Source of the DNA: Oikopleura dioica
Taxonomy: Eukaryota; Animalia; Chordata
DNA: 64,000 nucleotides
Assembly (NCBI GenBank): GCA_907165135.1
Contig: OU015567.1
Coordinates: 4,712,001-4,776,000 of the forward strand
Direction: 5' to 3'
Shown: in pieces, positions 53,493 to 64,000 of the stretch
How the letters are laid out: every line of letters starts with the position of its first letter
How positions within the stretch are numbered: position 1 is the first letter of the stretch
Made by a program: the position numbers and the translations under genes
The notes under the pieces: generated by a model
Told to the model about the DNA's origin: nothing
The model's input: the letters and a program-made list of their open reading frames with translations, nothing else
The model's database searches: none

Positions 53493-54006
53493 TTGAGTCG
53501 GCAGACATCGCTGGCACCAAAAGAGCTCGAAGGAATCTTCACTTTTGAAGGAGTCTCGCACGACTTACTGCTCTCAAATGGGAAGCTTTATTGGGAGCCA
53601 ATTACAGTCGATATTCAAGGTACTGAGGCACCGGGAAAGTACTGTGTTAAAATTGAAAAATTCGTGATTGGTGTCCGCGTCAGAAAAATCAGAACTGTTC
53701 GATCGAGGACAAACATGGTCGATTGTAACAGGAAGGGCTTTCATAAACTTCTGGTTGAAATGCGATAGAGTCGAAAAAAGCCAGATTAGGATTCAGCTGG
53801 AGAGTAATTGCGGACGATGAAGAGTTCGACTTCACCTTTAACAACGATACAGAAGAACTTGTTCGAACCTGGGCAAGCGCTATCCTCAAAATCATACGGA
53901 AACGCCTTTTATTTCTAAAAATCATGCAAAAGTTTTTATCGAAAATTCCGACGCAAAAGATCTTCCAACTATTCCAAATATTTTGGATTTTCAATTCGTT
54001 TTATTA
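53493..54006 (+). CDS. PH-domain-like coding segment
   Basis: Beta-rich exons ending FTFNNDTEELVRTWASAILKIIRKR, typical of a PH C-terminal helix; start unresolved. Confidence 0.4.
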
Positions 54007-54348
54007 ACCGGTGCAATAAATGAGAAACAGATCAAATTCACGGTCGGTCTTGGGAAGAGGGTCGCAATCAAAAGTAGTTGTTGTGATCGTAGAAGTAGTA
54101 GCTGTAGTCGTAGTAGAAGCTGTCGCAGAAGACGAAATCATCATTGCTGGGAGAGATTCTTCTGAGTTATCGTCACATTTGCCGGCTAAAAAAATGTCAA
54201 TCGTATCAGATTAAAAGTACTTACAGGCAATCAGGTACATAATCGCCACACCCAAGCCGAGGGAAAAAAGAGCAAGAACGATGATGTCTGCCAAGGACAA
54301 AAGGTAAGATCTCATCTTCCATCGAGATTGTCCTTCCAAGTCGTCCAT
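54004..54348 (-). CDS. Small type II membrane protein with Thr-rich stalk
   Basis: Two exons with a GT-AG intron: MDDLEG...IIVLALFSLGLGVAIMYLIA|SGKCDD...TTTTATTSTITTTTFDCDP...YCTG*. Confidence 0.55.
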
Positions 54349-54407
54349 TTGTGTTGAAAAAGAGGTTAATTTTTTGAAAAAAATACTGTATATTAAAAAT
54401 AAATATA

Positions 54408-54654
54408 CAGTTTGTTTCCAGTTTTCCGGAGTCCATTTTTCCGGACACTTTTCCGATTATAAGGCATTTAAGTGGGGCACTGCAAAATAAATCATGCTAG
54501 AAGTTTACTTCGCGGAAAATCGAGAAATGTCTGTTTCTCGAAAAAAATTTAAGTATTTTTGGTGGGACATGCATTTTTTGCAGGTGACCCAATTTTCCGG
54601 ACATTTTTTGAAAATCTGAGGACAAAATTAGTCCGGAAAAATGGAAACATACTG
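54408..54654. mobile_element. 247-bp Tc1/mariner-type MITE
   Basis: TA|CAGTTTGTTTCCAGTTTTCCGGA ... TCCGGAAAAATGGAAACATACTG|TA. Confidence 0.85.
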
Positions 54655-54951
54655 TAACTGAAAAGAATTCTCTGTAGAAAACTTTCACAATAAAATTTAT
54701 AACGTTATAAAGATTAAAAATATAAATAAATTTATCTGTTTCTCAAGACGATTCAAAAAATTAACCTCTGTTTTGATAATCTTCTCTCAAATCTCTTTTT
54801 TAAGTATTTTTCAAATCGGAATAATTATGATATGAATATTCAAGCGCAAGTTCACTTCCAAAAAATGCGTCAAAAGAGGGCGCACACGTGACATGGCGCT
54901 CGTGCAACAGTAGCTCTGATTATCATAGTACTCAAGGATAATCAAATTCAG

Positions 54952-55141
54952 TTCCTTATCGCTCAAAAATCAAGGATCATCGATTCAACCCTGAGCTTGA
55001 CGAATTCAACCACACCGCCTTCGACAAAAGATTCGCCTTCATCGCAGGCATAGAAGCGCGAGAAAAGAGCATTTTGAAAAAGAAGCTGAAAAAAGTGAAA
55101 AACGCGGACCTCAAGCATGATATGCACAATCTCATGAACAG
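54952..55141 (+). pseudogene. RRP36: Isolated RRP36-like exon
   Basis: KDHRFNPELDEFNHTAFDKRFAFIAGIEAREKSILKKKLKKVK resembles the RRP36 RDPRF..FDK.Y.F..E...KK.LKK segment (from memory). It is flanked by AG and GT, but the rest of the gene is not evident. Confidence 0.5.
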
Positions 55142-55626
55142 GTAATCGAATCATTATTTCTTGACTCGGCAACCTGTGCAAAAACCTGAGTCAGGTTTGA
55201 TGAAAAGCCGCTTTGCGGCTTCACCTAAATTGCCATGTCTATTGAAACCTGTGACCTTAAGAACACTGACTCAGGAGTCCTGAAGGAAAAGAGCGAAAAG
55301 GCCAGCTCGAAAATGTCCGATCATCAACTCGCGAAGAAAGAAGCGACGAAAGAAAAGAAACAGGCGAGACAAATCATCTCTTCCTGCCAGGAGAAATGTC
55401 TTTTGAAAACAAAACTGATGGGAGAAAGGATTGAATCGGATACAAAGCCGGAAAAGAAGAAACCAAAGAATTCAACGCTGGAGCCGAAGTCGTCTACTCC
55501 TACTCGAAAAAAGTCCCCTGCTCGATCGCAGCAGAAGATGGACCAGCAGCTGAGAGAGCAGAAATTGGACGCAAGAAGGTCATCAAGTAGAATTCGTCCA
55601 TCAATTATCCCTGCCGAGGGATAATT

Positions 55627-56038
55627 CAGTGCTGAGCTTTGCTTGCAGGCGGACAGCGCCGCCACGCGGCCCACGCGCTGTTACGTAATCGCCGCGCCGC
55701 CGCTTTTTGTTTTTCTCTCTCGACAGCTTTTGCATTTTTGTCGGCGTTTCTACAACCCGATCACGCTCAAAACTCGAAGCGAGCTTCTCTTAGTGATCAG
55801 AATCATCCTCCATCAAGAATTATTGAAATTTATAAATGCGCCTGGCCTCCAGAGCGTTATCAAATTTCGACCTTTGACCTATCATAAAATCAAGGAAGAC
55901 TTGCCAAATCGACTTTTTTGATTTTAAATCGTTTTTTCTTGCTCTTTTCAACATTCTGATCGATTTATAAGACACAACTGACGCAAAAAACGAGATTTTG
56001 CAATTCTTGCAAATTTATATTTACACCACCCAATGCTA
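55627..56038 (-). mobile_element. ~410-bp hAT-like non-autonomous repeat, copy 2 (inverted)
   Basis: Reverse-complement homologue of 38278-38680 (shared TAGCATTGGGTGGTGTAAATATAAATTTGCAAGAATTGCAAAATCTCGT end). Confidence 0.65.
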
Positions 56039-56047
56039 GGTTGACGG

Positions 56048-56396
56048 GGAAATGGAAATGATTATTTGAAAGATGTTTGGCTTCTTATGAATGACTCATG
56101 GTCACAAATTGGATCATTGAAAGAGGTATTTTTAAATCACTTGAACGTGTTCTGGTGGTTTTAATGGCTTCAAAAAATAGCAAAAGATTAATTTTTAATA
56201 TATATTTTAGGGCGATGCCTCTCACTCATCAATAAAAATAAATAACTCGATTTTCATCATTTCTGGCGAAGAATATCCACTTCAAAGAGTTGAGATAGAA
56301 GGAGACGAAGTCAAAAATTCCGAAATTATTGGTCGTCATAGCTCTTACGAAGCGCATCCAGTCTTGCTTCAAGTACCTGTAGGATTCTGTGTTTGA
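56048..56396 (+). pseudogene. C-terminal two exons of a Kelch/beta-propeller-like gene
   Basis: GNGNDYLKDVWLLMNDSWSQIGSLKE|GDASHSSIKINNSIFIISG...PVLLQVPVGFCV*; no upstream exon, begins right after the repeat. Confidence 0.55.
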
Positions 56397-56478
56397 TATA
56401 TTTCAAAACTTAAACCCCGGAATTTAAAATTCTCTAAAATTAAGAATCAAAATATTTGTACTTTATTTCCAAGGACAG

Positions 56479-57373
56479 TCAGGTCTTGCCATGCATTTGA
56501 CATAATATACCAAAATTATCCAGATCGTCACATGACCGCAGAGAGTCGCAAAAATCATTCCCGCACAGTATTCCATCAATTCCTGCGAGTAAATCTGAGC
56601 CATTTTGTAGTTTTTCAGCGTTTTCGGGTATTTCCTCGTTTCATCGTCTATCTTAAAAACGGGTCATCGAACTTTGTTTCAGTTGATTTTACCAGTCGCT
56701 GTTTTTTCTTTGCGAGAAAGCCAATCGGGAAAAAGAGGATAAAGAGGATGAAAACAAGGCAGGAATGACGCTCAACAGGAAAGCCTAAATTATATAAGAG
56801 ACAAAATTCTTTGAAAAAATCTTACCTTGAAAATCAGAATCTTCTCTTTCCTGCAGCAGCAATGCGTTTTCATCCTCTCTTTCTCTTGCTAATCTTTCGT
56901 TTATTTCTAAAAAAAATAGTGGCTGGTAAAAATTCGAAAAGACCTTTTTCTATTCACCTTTGACAGAGTCCGCGAATCGTTCCTGCTCTTGATTTTCATC
57001 AAATCTCGAAGTTTTACTCATTTCAGCTGACAAAATGAAGCCCTTGGCCAAAAATTCTAGCGTTCGGGATAAGCTAGCCCGTGTTTCTTTTTGACTTTTT
57101 GGTCTTAGCGACCTGTCAGTCATCATTTCATATTTTTTTCTTTCCGAAAATATGAAAATCTTTTCCTGTCGACTGAGTCGCGGCTTTGGCGTTTCTTTTG
57201 GAAATTTAAAGTCGCAAACATCCTTAATTTTTTCATGAAAAATTATTGATAAGGGCGAGATTTATTTGTTGATGAAAAAAAAAAGATCGATTTACTTTGG
57301 CGGCATTGGCAAAAGAAAAAGCTTTTCCAGCTTTGGCTCCTTTAATCTCTTCTTGATTAAAACTCGGGTTCAT
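56479..57373 (-). CDS. Uncharacterised multi-exon protein with C-terminal hydrophobic segment
   Basis: Exon-like pieces MNPSFNQEEIK..., EINERLAREREDENALL..., ...CAGMIFATLCGHVTIWIILVLCQMHGKT*; frame continuity not fully verified. Confidence 0.35.
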
Positions 57374-58148
57374 TGTTTTTTTTTTTTTTGGAAAAAAGCT
57401 CGATAAAAAATGCACTTCGCTCAAATCTCCAAATGTGAGTGGGAAATCAATTTGTCAAATACCTTGGCATCTCGACTTGGCGCTAAGCTTATGGTTTTGG
57501 CAGGAAGAAATAAAAATATTTTTCATCAAAGAGTTTAAAAATAAAACTTGTCTTCTTTACTCATTGCGGGTCAGAAATCCCTTTACTTCCTGTTCTTCCA
57601 ATACAGTCAAAATCTTCTGATTGTAGGGTAATCTTTTCTTTCAAAATATCAAAATTCAAACCTAGCCCCCTCGAGCGAGAGGTGCTTTTTGCGCCCCCGT
57701 TAATGTGAGGCGGGGGCTTCGACCCTTTGGGTCGAAAAATACAGCAAGCTGATTGGTCTTCCTAAAATACATTTCCTTTTCTTGGTTCGTTCACCTCCCC
57801 CTTGGACCCCTTTCTTGGTGAATCCTTCTCCTTACCCTTAAAATAAGCATTAATTCTAGATATTTTTGGCATTTTGGTTGATAACGAATGAATCATTGGC
57901 TAAAAAATCACCCTTTTCTACAAATCCCTGCATTTTATAAATCCATCAAATCGAACATCCAGTATAAAAGGATTAAAAGCCTTCTTCACTTTTTTAATTT
58001 TCCCGAACTCTTGTTAACCCCGCTTTTTTCCTAAAAAATCAATGCACGACTATATTCAGCTCTTCTGGCACAAAGCCCTCCTCCTGTTTAAATTTTCATC
58101 CTCCATTCTTTCCTCGTTCGTTTTCTCTCAAAAATCCGAAAATCCGAA

Positions 58149-58767
58149 ATGAAGCTTCTGACAAAATGCTTCCATTTGCCGACATTTTTGAAGGGAAGAG
58201 AAATTGAGATGATGGAACTGTTCGATAAGAGAAATGAAAAATTGCTCTTCAAGTTTTGGGAGTTTTTGAGGATGGAATATGCTCATGAGACGCTGAGTTT
58301 TTACATGTCGATTCAGGAGTTCAAAATCTTTGCCCAAGAGTGAGTTTTCCGAGGCTTTCTAGCTTTTCATCCCCTTTCAGGATCATCAGGCGATCCGGCA
58401 ACGAGCCCTCCTGATCTATGAAAAATATCTAAAAGAGACTTCTCCAAAAGAAGTCAACATCGACATGTGCATCAGATTTCGTCTCAAAAAGGAGATTCAA
58501 CGACTCAACTCCTCCAGCGTTCGAATCAATTCCAATGAGCTGCGGCTGATGCAAAAGACGATTTTTGAAGAGTGCGAGCGGGATGCGCTTTTGCAGCTCA
58601 AACAAGGCAGCTTTTATCGCTTCAGAGACGTGAGATTTGCTCGATTTTGGGAGGGCTAAGGTTGTGTTTAGTCGCTGAAGAAATCGCCAAGAGGAACCTT
58701 CAATACGAATACGTCGGAGCTGATCATTCAACCGATCGACTCGCACGCTCATAAAATGTTTCTATAA
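58149..58767 (+). CDS. RGS (regulator of G-protein signalling) domain protein
   Basis: FWEFLRMEYAHETLSFY..IQEF | RALLIYEKYL..SPKEVNID ... SFYRF; start uncertain. Confidence 0.8.
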
Positions 58768-59246
58768 AAAACTTAATTCGTTCCAATAAAATGTATCAGC
58801 TTTCAATTCAAAAGGAGATAAGGGTCGAAAAAGGCAAAATCTTGTCACAGCAAAAATTGCTGCCCGCAAGAGCCGCCACAAGAAATCAACAACGAATGCG
58901 TCTTTGTTTTGGTTGAGCAGCTTTGAGTTTTATTTGGCAGGAGTTTGTAAACGAAAATCATAATTCATGGCATTTCCACGCCCTCATGCCATTCCGATTT
59001 GATCAGACAAATATTTTCCAATCATCTGCCGAATTCAAACCGCGCAATTAAAATCCGACTTCTCAAATTTGTCGGCTAGACATAAAAGAAAGGCAAAATA
59101 TCGTCCATAATTATGGACCATAAAACTTTTTAATAAAGGCTAAAATTTAAAAAAGACATTTATTCGGAATTTATTTGAAAAAAAAACGGATCTACAAGGG
59201 ATACATGGGACTTTTGTGGCAATGGATGATAAATGAACAAATTCGA

Positions 59247-60461
59247 TCAAATATAAAATTCAAGGGACAAGATTCTGGAGAAATATTTTTGAAATAATTG
59301 AACTTTTTTGCTTCTTTTTTTTTTTGGTCGTGTCGTCTTTTTCTGTTTACTGGTTGTTGTCCCGCACTCGATATTTCTGAAATAGACTGTCTAAAATTTC
59401 GCCAATTACTGTAGCTTACGTGAAGATCCTGGAGCTGCTGACGAGCATCGAGCAATTCAACACGGAGGCGAATGTTCTCCTTCTCAAGCCAAGCAGCACG
59501 CACCCGGATTTGATTTTCTTTCTTGTGCCGCGCTTTTTTCCAGGGCTAATTTTAATTGCTAAATTAGCAATGCTAATGAATTTCAGCCCGTCAAATACAA
59601 GATCGAATTCGAAAGAGCCCCTTCCTTCTCGGCTTCGTCTCGCAGCTGCGTTGTTCTTCACGCGACGAGTCCAGTATTTTGAGTCTTTAGCATGCTCTGT
59701 TTATGGCTTGAAAAGCTTCTTAGCAGAAAAAAGCCGCACGCGGCTTATTCTTAAAATTGTCCTTTCGAGTGCCATTCCTGGAACAAATTGCTGAATGAAA
59801 AGTTAAGATTTTTTCTTGTTTGAATTCTTTACCTTTTTGGCTTTTCGAACCATTATCTGCGGCGCAAGTTCTTCAGCTGAAAATTGCCTTGGGACCGAAG
59901 TCACAGATTGGGGCTGATGGGCTTGTTGTTCTTCCTCCTTGTTGCCATCTGGCATCTCAGCTAAGCAAAAGTAAGTTTGAAAGATGAAGGGGGGTGAAGA
60001 CGATACCTTGCATATGAGGATTGAATCGCTCATCCTCGCCGGTCTTCGCGAAGACATCCTCAAACTCGTCAAGAAGCTGGTTTAGCTCGTTGTTGTCCAT
60101 ATTGTTCGGATTCAGTGGCTGTTCTGCTGGTTCGTCAATATGCGCCTATAAAAAGAGGGCTGAGAGAATTAACAATTAAAGAATTAAGTTTCTTTGTTTT
60201 CTTGTTTCTGATTGGTTCAAAAAGAAAATAACGGATTCCTATTGGCTGTGAATAAAGAACTTCTTATAGAGTAGAAAAGAGATTGTAGGGGCTATCATTC
60301 GGGCTACCCCTAACCCTAATCTTAACCCAAGGTACTACGCCCCCGTTGGGCCCCCACCTAAGTGTTTCTAGTCCCTAACCCTAAGCTCTAATGAGAACCC
60401 CTCTTTACTAAAAAAAGAAATCTCTGCTCTGCGTTACCTGAAATTGTTCAAATCCAACCAT
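59247..60461 (-). CDS. PAR-bZIP transcription factor (TEF/HLF/DBP/PDP1 family)
   Basis: Spliced [60 protein letters not shown]; the start exon MVGFEQFQ is inferred. Confidence 0.88.
60308..60384. repeat. Short interstitial telomere-like CCCTAA repeats in the bZIP intron
   Basis: CCCTAACCCTAA at 60308-60319 and 60373-60384. Confidence 0.5.
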
Positions 60462-61887
60462 GTATTGTGGATTCCAAAGTTGGGGAATCAGAGAGGCGCT
60501 GCTAGGTTCCAATTGTGACTGAATTCATCCGTAAACTTTGATTTGAAAAATAAATTTGGTACATATTGATTGTTAGTTTCGAAACAAGAGCGTAATTTTA
60601 TATGGCTCAGTGATTACATAAATCTCTACCTTGCGATCTTATCGAGCTCAAAATAATTGGATCAAGGTAAAAAAAGCTAATTTGAAGAATCCTATCTTCC
60701 TTGATTTTTGAGTTGAAGTCGTTGTCTACTTACAGTATTCGGCGTCTTTTGACTGGCGCTGGAGCAGCTTTCCTTGTTCATGTCGGGAGTCGATCCTTTT
60801 TGAACAGATTTAGTGTTGGTCTTTAGTGTTGTTTTCAGCAAAATAAATGTATTCTGAGACGACCGATTCCATAAATATTCCCTGTTCAAAACAAATTATG
60901 CCAATGTTACGTAACTATTCAAGAATCGTTATCAAAATTTAGTCCCTTACAAAATCAAAAACAAGGCTCGGGCGGCATAAATTCTTGATAAAAAACGTCA
61001 TATCGTTTGGTACCCCCTTTACCATGATAGAGTATCGTGTTAATACTTAAGGGTATAGTAGAGGACTCAGAGGACTTACGATAATTTGGTGGTGGAGCAG
61101 GAATACTGAGAAGTTTCAGGAACGAGTCGTCGGTGGTTTTCTTCTGATCTTTCCTAGAATACAGTAAGACAAGAATTCTCATCATATCCCAAAAAAAAAT
61201 AAGTGACCTAAAGATGATGAATTAAGGCTTACTTATTAGCCGGTTGGTTGATACTCCCGTTTCTGCTGTTAATGTTATCCATAGTTAGAAGTGCAGATCG
61301 ATAAAGTTTCAGTTACACAATCCGTTATCTCTTGTTAACTCGTAAGCCTGTAGAAATATGATAGATTCCTCGGTACTCGAGCAATTCTATAACCGTCTGA
61401 TTCGTGTTCCCCCTCGCTTGATGGCGCAAGAACAACAGTTTCCCTTCAGATATCGCAAATTCAGCAGAGTTAGTTACGAAAATAGATGTAATGCTAGCAA
61501 AATTTATATCAATCCTTGTCTCGTAGTCTTTTCAAAATAAAAAATAAGGATTTCTGTTTTCCAAAAATATCAATTTTATGATTTTTTCATTGAGTTCTTG
61601 GTAAAATTAACTTTGGTCAAATAAAAAATATTGGCTAAAAATTTGGTCAGAATTTAGCCATACTAAAATTGCCCCTCTTTTTCTAGTCAAAACTTCGTTT
61701 ACCTGGAGATATTTTTTAATCGACTTATAAATAAGTTTTTAAAAGTACTCTTTTTCGTGAAAGAATTTTGCAAAGACAAATCTTATGAAGCGCAATTTCG
61801 ATTTTTACGCGTTGAACTATTCTTTACATAACAATGTGAATCTTTATATAAAAAATTTTGCAAATGAAGCTTTAACGCATCAATTTT

Positions 61888-63808
61888 TTATTCAGCAGCT
61901 CTGGCAGTGGAAGGATTAGTGAAATATTGGTTGATTTCAAGAAGAAGTTTGCTTTCGTCAATGCGTTTGCTGAAAAGAAGTCGTTTTTACGTTGAAATTA
62001 TGAAATCGATAAAGTGAACTCGGACGCTCTTATTTTCAGCCTTTGATTGAAGAGATGTTTTTACCTTGTCCAAAGAAGAAGAGATTGAATGGGGTCTTTG
62101 AGCATTTGAACATGCGCTGGATTTCGCAAAAGATCTTTCAAGAAATCGGGAAGTTTTGACAGAAAGCGGATGAAGTGGATGACCGAGCAGTGGTTTCTTG
62201 GAGAGCGGATGGTGGAGCAATTGAAATCTTTCTCAGAAGCTAGAAAACGCGATGAGCTTTCTTTTGAGCTTTGAACAACTTACGGTAAAGCAAAAAGTTT
62301 CCATAAACAACATCGAAATAAGCCAAGATGCCTTTTTCAAACTCCTCCATTTTTGAAGTTTCGAAATCGTCGAGAGTTTTCGACTCGCTTGTTCGAAACG
62401 CCTAGAAGAAAACTTATCAAAAATAGTTAGAACTAGCGCGTACTCGGAGAGAAGAAAGAAATTGTAATAATAATAACTATTACAATTATAACAATTAAAC
62501 TATAAATAATGCTCACATTCATAAACTCCGCGATGGAAGGACCGACGTTACACTTGGATGAACATCCTGCTTCAACGAGAGATTTGTCTTGCTTTCTTTG
62601 TTTCGAAATCGTTTCCAAAATAAAGATTTAATATTTTGTTATCGGGTTAGGGTTAGGGTTAGTGTTGCAATTTTTTGAGCTAGCTGAACTGAGCCATCTG
62701 AGCTAGCTGAGCTGCAGCTCAGCTCAAATCAGCTCAGCTCAATGGTTCTTCGATAAGAGCCAGCTCAGCTCAGCTGGCCCAGTTTTGACCTGAGCTCAGC
62801 TCAGCTCAGTGGTTATTAAACGAGGCCAGCTAAGCTCAGCTCAGCTCAATTTCGAATTCAGCTCAGAAAAAAACTTGCAACTCTGGTTAGGGTTAGCCTT
62901 CTGATTCCCCTGAGTAAGGGTTAGGGTGAGATTTAAGGTTCTTATTCACCGGAGTAAAAACACAAATGTCTCGTATTAGTACGATTATATTCGAAAAAAT
63001 ATAACAATAAAAGCTCTTAAATTGCGTAGCAATCCGCGAGTTCTTCTGCACCTCAAGCTGTCATCATCATCATCATGCCTCTTACTATTATAACTATGCT
63101 TTACTCCCCTATCCCTGCTCGGCTTAGCCGTTAATGTCTTTTGACTGCAAATAAATATCAATGAAAAAAAAAGACGATAGAATCGATAGGTGCATAATTA
63201 TGCTTATATATTGGTTTTTACGGGGTCATATAATTTCATCCATTTAATCGATGAAACAATCCTTGAGAATTTCCACAATATTCTGAGGCAATTCAAATGG
63301 CAATTCCTTCCCACTCTCTTCCTCGTCTGCGAGACTGATGGAGAGCTTCCTCTTGCGGCTCCTCGAGTTCTTCGATTTTTCGATTTTTTCTGCCTCTAGA
63401 AAGCGCCAAAGAATCTTACATAACAAAGAGCAATGAAAATTTTTACCTTTGCATTCAGCGAGAAGATTTTCCATTTTTTGGGTGTTCTCTTATTTCAAAT
63501 TTTTTCATGGGGAAAAGAGGGTGGTTTTTTTTACCTTTGTTTTTCTTCAAAATATCTGTTTCACTGACCCATGTGTCCCAGGATTTCGACCATCCAACGT
63601 AGTGAATGTGATAAACTGAAGAGGATTAAACCTAACGCGGCTCGTTTCAAATTGGTCACGTGATTAATTTTCAAAAACAATGGAAAACTCCCTTTCTGAA
63701 AAAAAACTTACGGGTTTCATTTTTCTTCTCTTTGACTGTCAGAATTTTCGCTTCGTACAGTAACTCGTCGTGAAAAGACAGAACTCTTTCGCCTTTTACA
63801 AAAGCCAT
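61888..63808 (-). CDS. MORF4L1: MRG15/Eaf3-family chromo-barrel + MRG domain protein
   Basis: MAFVKGERVLSFHDELLYEAK; YHIHYVGWSKSWDTWV; EEFEKGILAYFDVVYGNFLLY; IHFIRFLSKLP. MSL3 is the alternative assignment. Confidence 0.78.
62660..62885. mobile_element. 226-bp hAT-like MITE made of AGCTC units, inserted into TTAGGG repeats
   Basis: TIR TAGTGTTGCAA / TTGCAACTCTG; 8-bp TSD GTTAGGGT at 62652-62659 and 62886-62893. Confidence 0.85.
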
Positions 63809-64000
63809 GGGGGATAAAAAAATGAAGAAGGGGTTGTTTTATTATTGGAAAAGAGGAGGGCAAGGAAGGGTTGAAGAAAGTTCAGTCTGGCAGAATACGA
63901 AAACGCAAGTCTCCTTCGAATACCTTACCTTACTTGGTAATGATGTGGTAATCACTAAAACGTGGCACGCGCCAAGCCCGGCTTCTGAAATCGCGACGAA

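Noticed and set aside
38278-56038. Polinton/Maverick interpretation of the inverted-repeat-bounded block
   Set aside because: No protein-primed polymerase, integrase, packaging ATPase or capsid ORF seen; the repeats are too diverged and there is no 6-bp TSD.
57660-57740. Adjacent GC-rich hairpins ending in CTAG on the minus strand (Helitron 3' end or ncRNA)
   Set aside because: CTAG is not followed by T, no 5' TC end was identified, and no RNA family motif was recognised.

Overview
AT-rich, compact eukaryotic DNA with very short introns (about 40-90 nt) and several apparent GA-AG introns. This most resembles the larvacean tunicate Oikopleura dioica (inference; no database search was run). 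The left ~37 kb is a dense run of genes for secreted, surface or secretory-pathway proteins: trypsin+2xCUB protease, Sib-like EGF protein, CUB protein, mucin/C-type lectin, two Ly6/uPAR-like repeat proteins, GT31 glycosyltransferase, sulfotransferase, lipocalin-like protein, ZP protein, LRR protein and neutral ceramidase. One tRNA-Lys(CTT) sits antisense in an intron. The block 38.3-56.0 kb is bracketed by inverted copies of a ~410-bp repeat and separates the N- and C-terminal parts of a beta-propeller-like gene. It holds a spliced gene fusing zinc fingers, a DDE/DDD-type transposase core and a Ulp1/C48-like protease, plus nested MITEs, a 167-bp satellite and gene fragments. The right end carries RGS, PAR-bZIP and MRG15-like genes. 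Many MITEs have readable target-site duplications (TSDs). One sits inside a coding exon and could be spliced out as a new intron. Exon boundaries were read by eye and are approximate.
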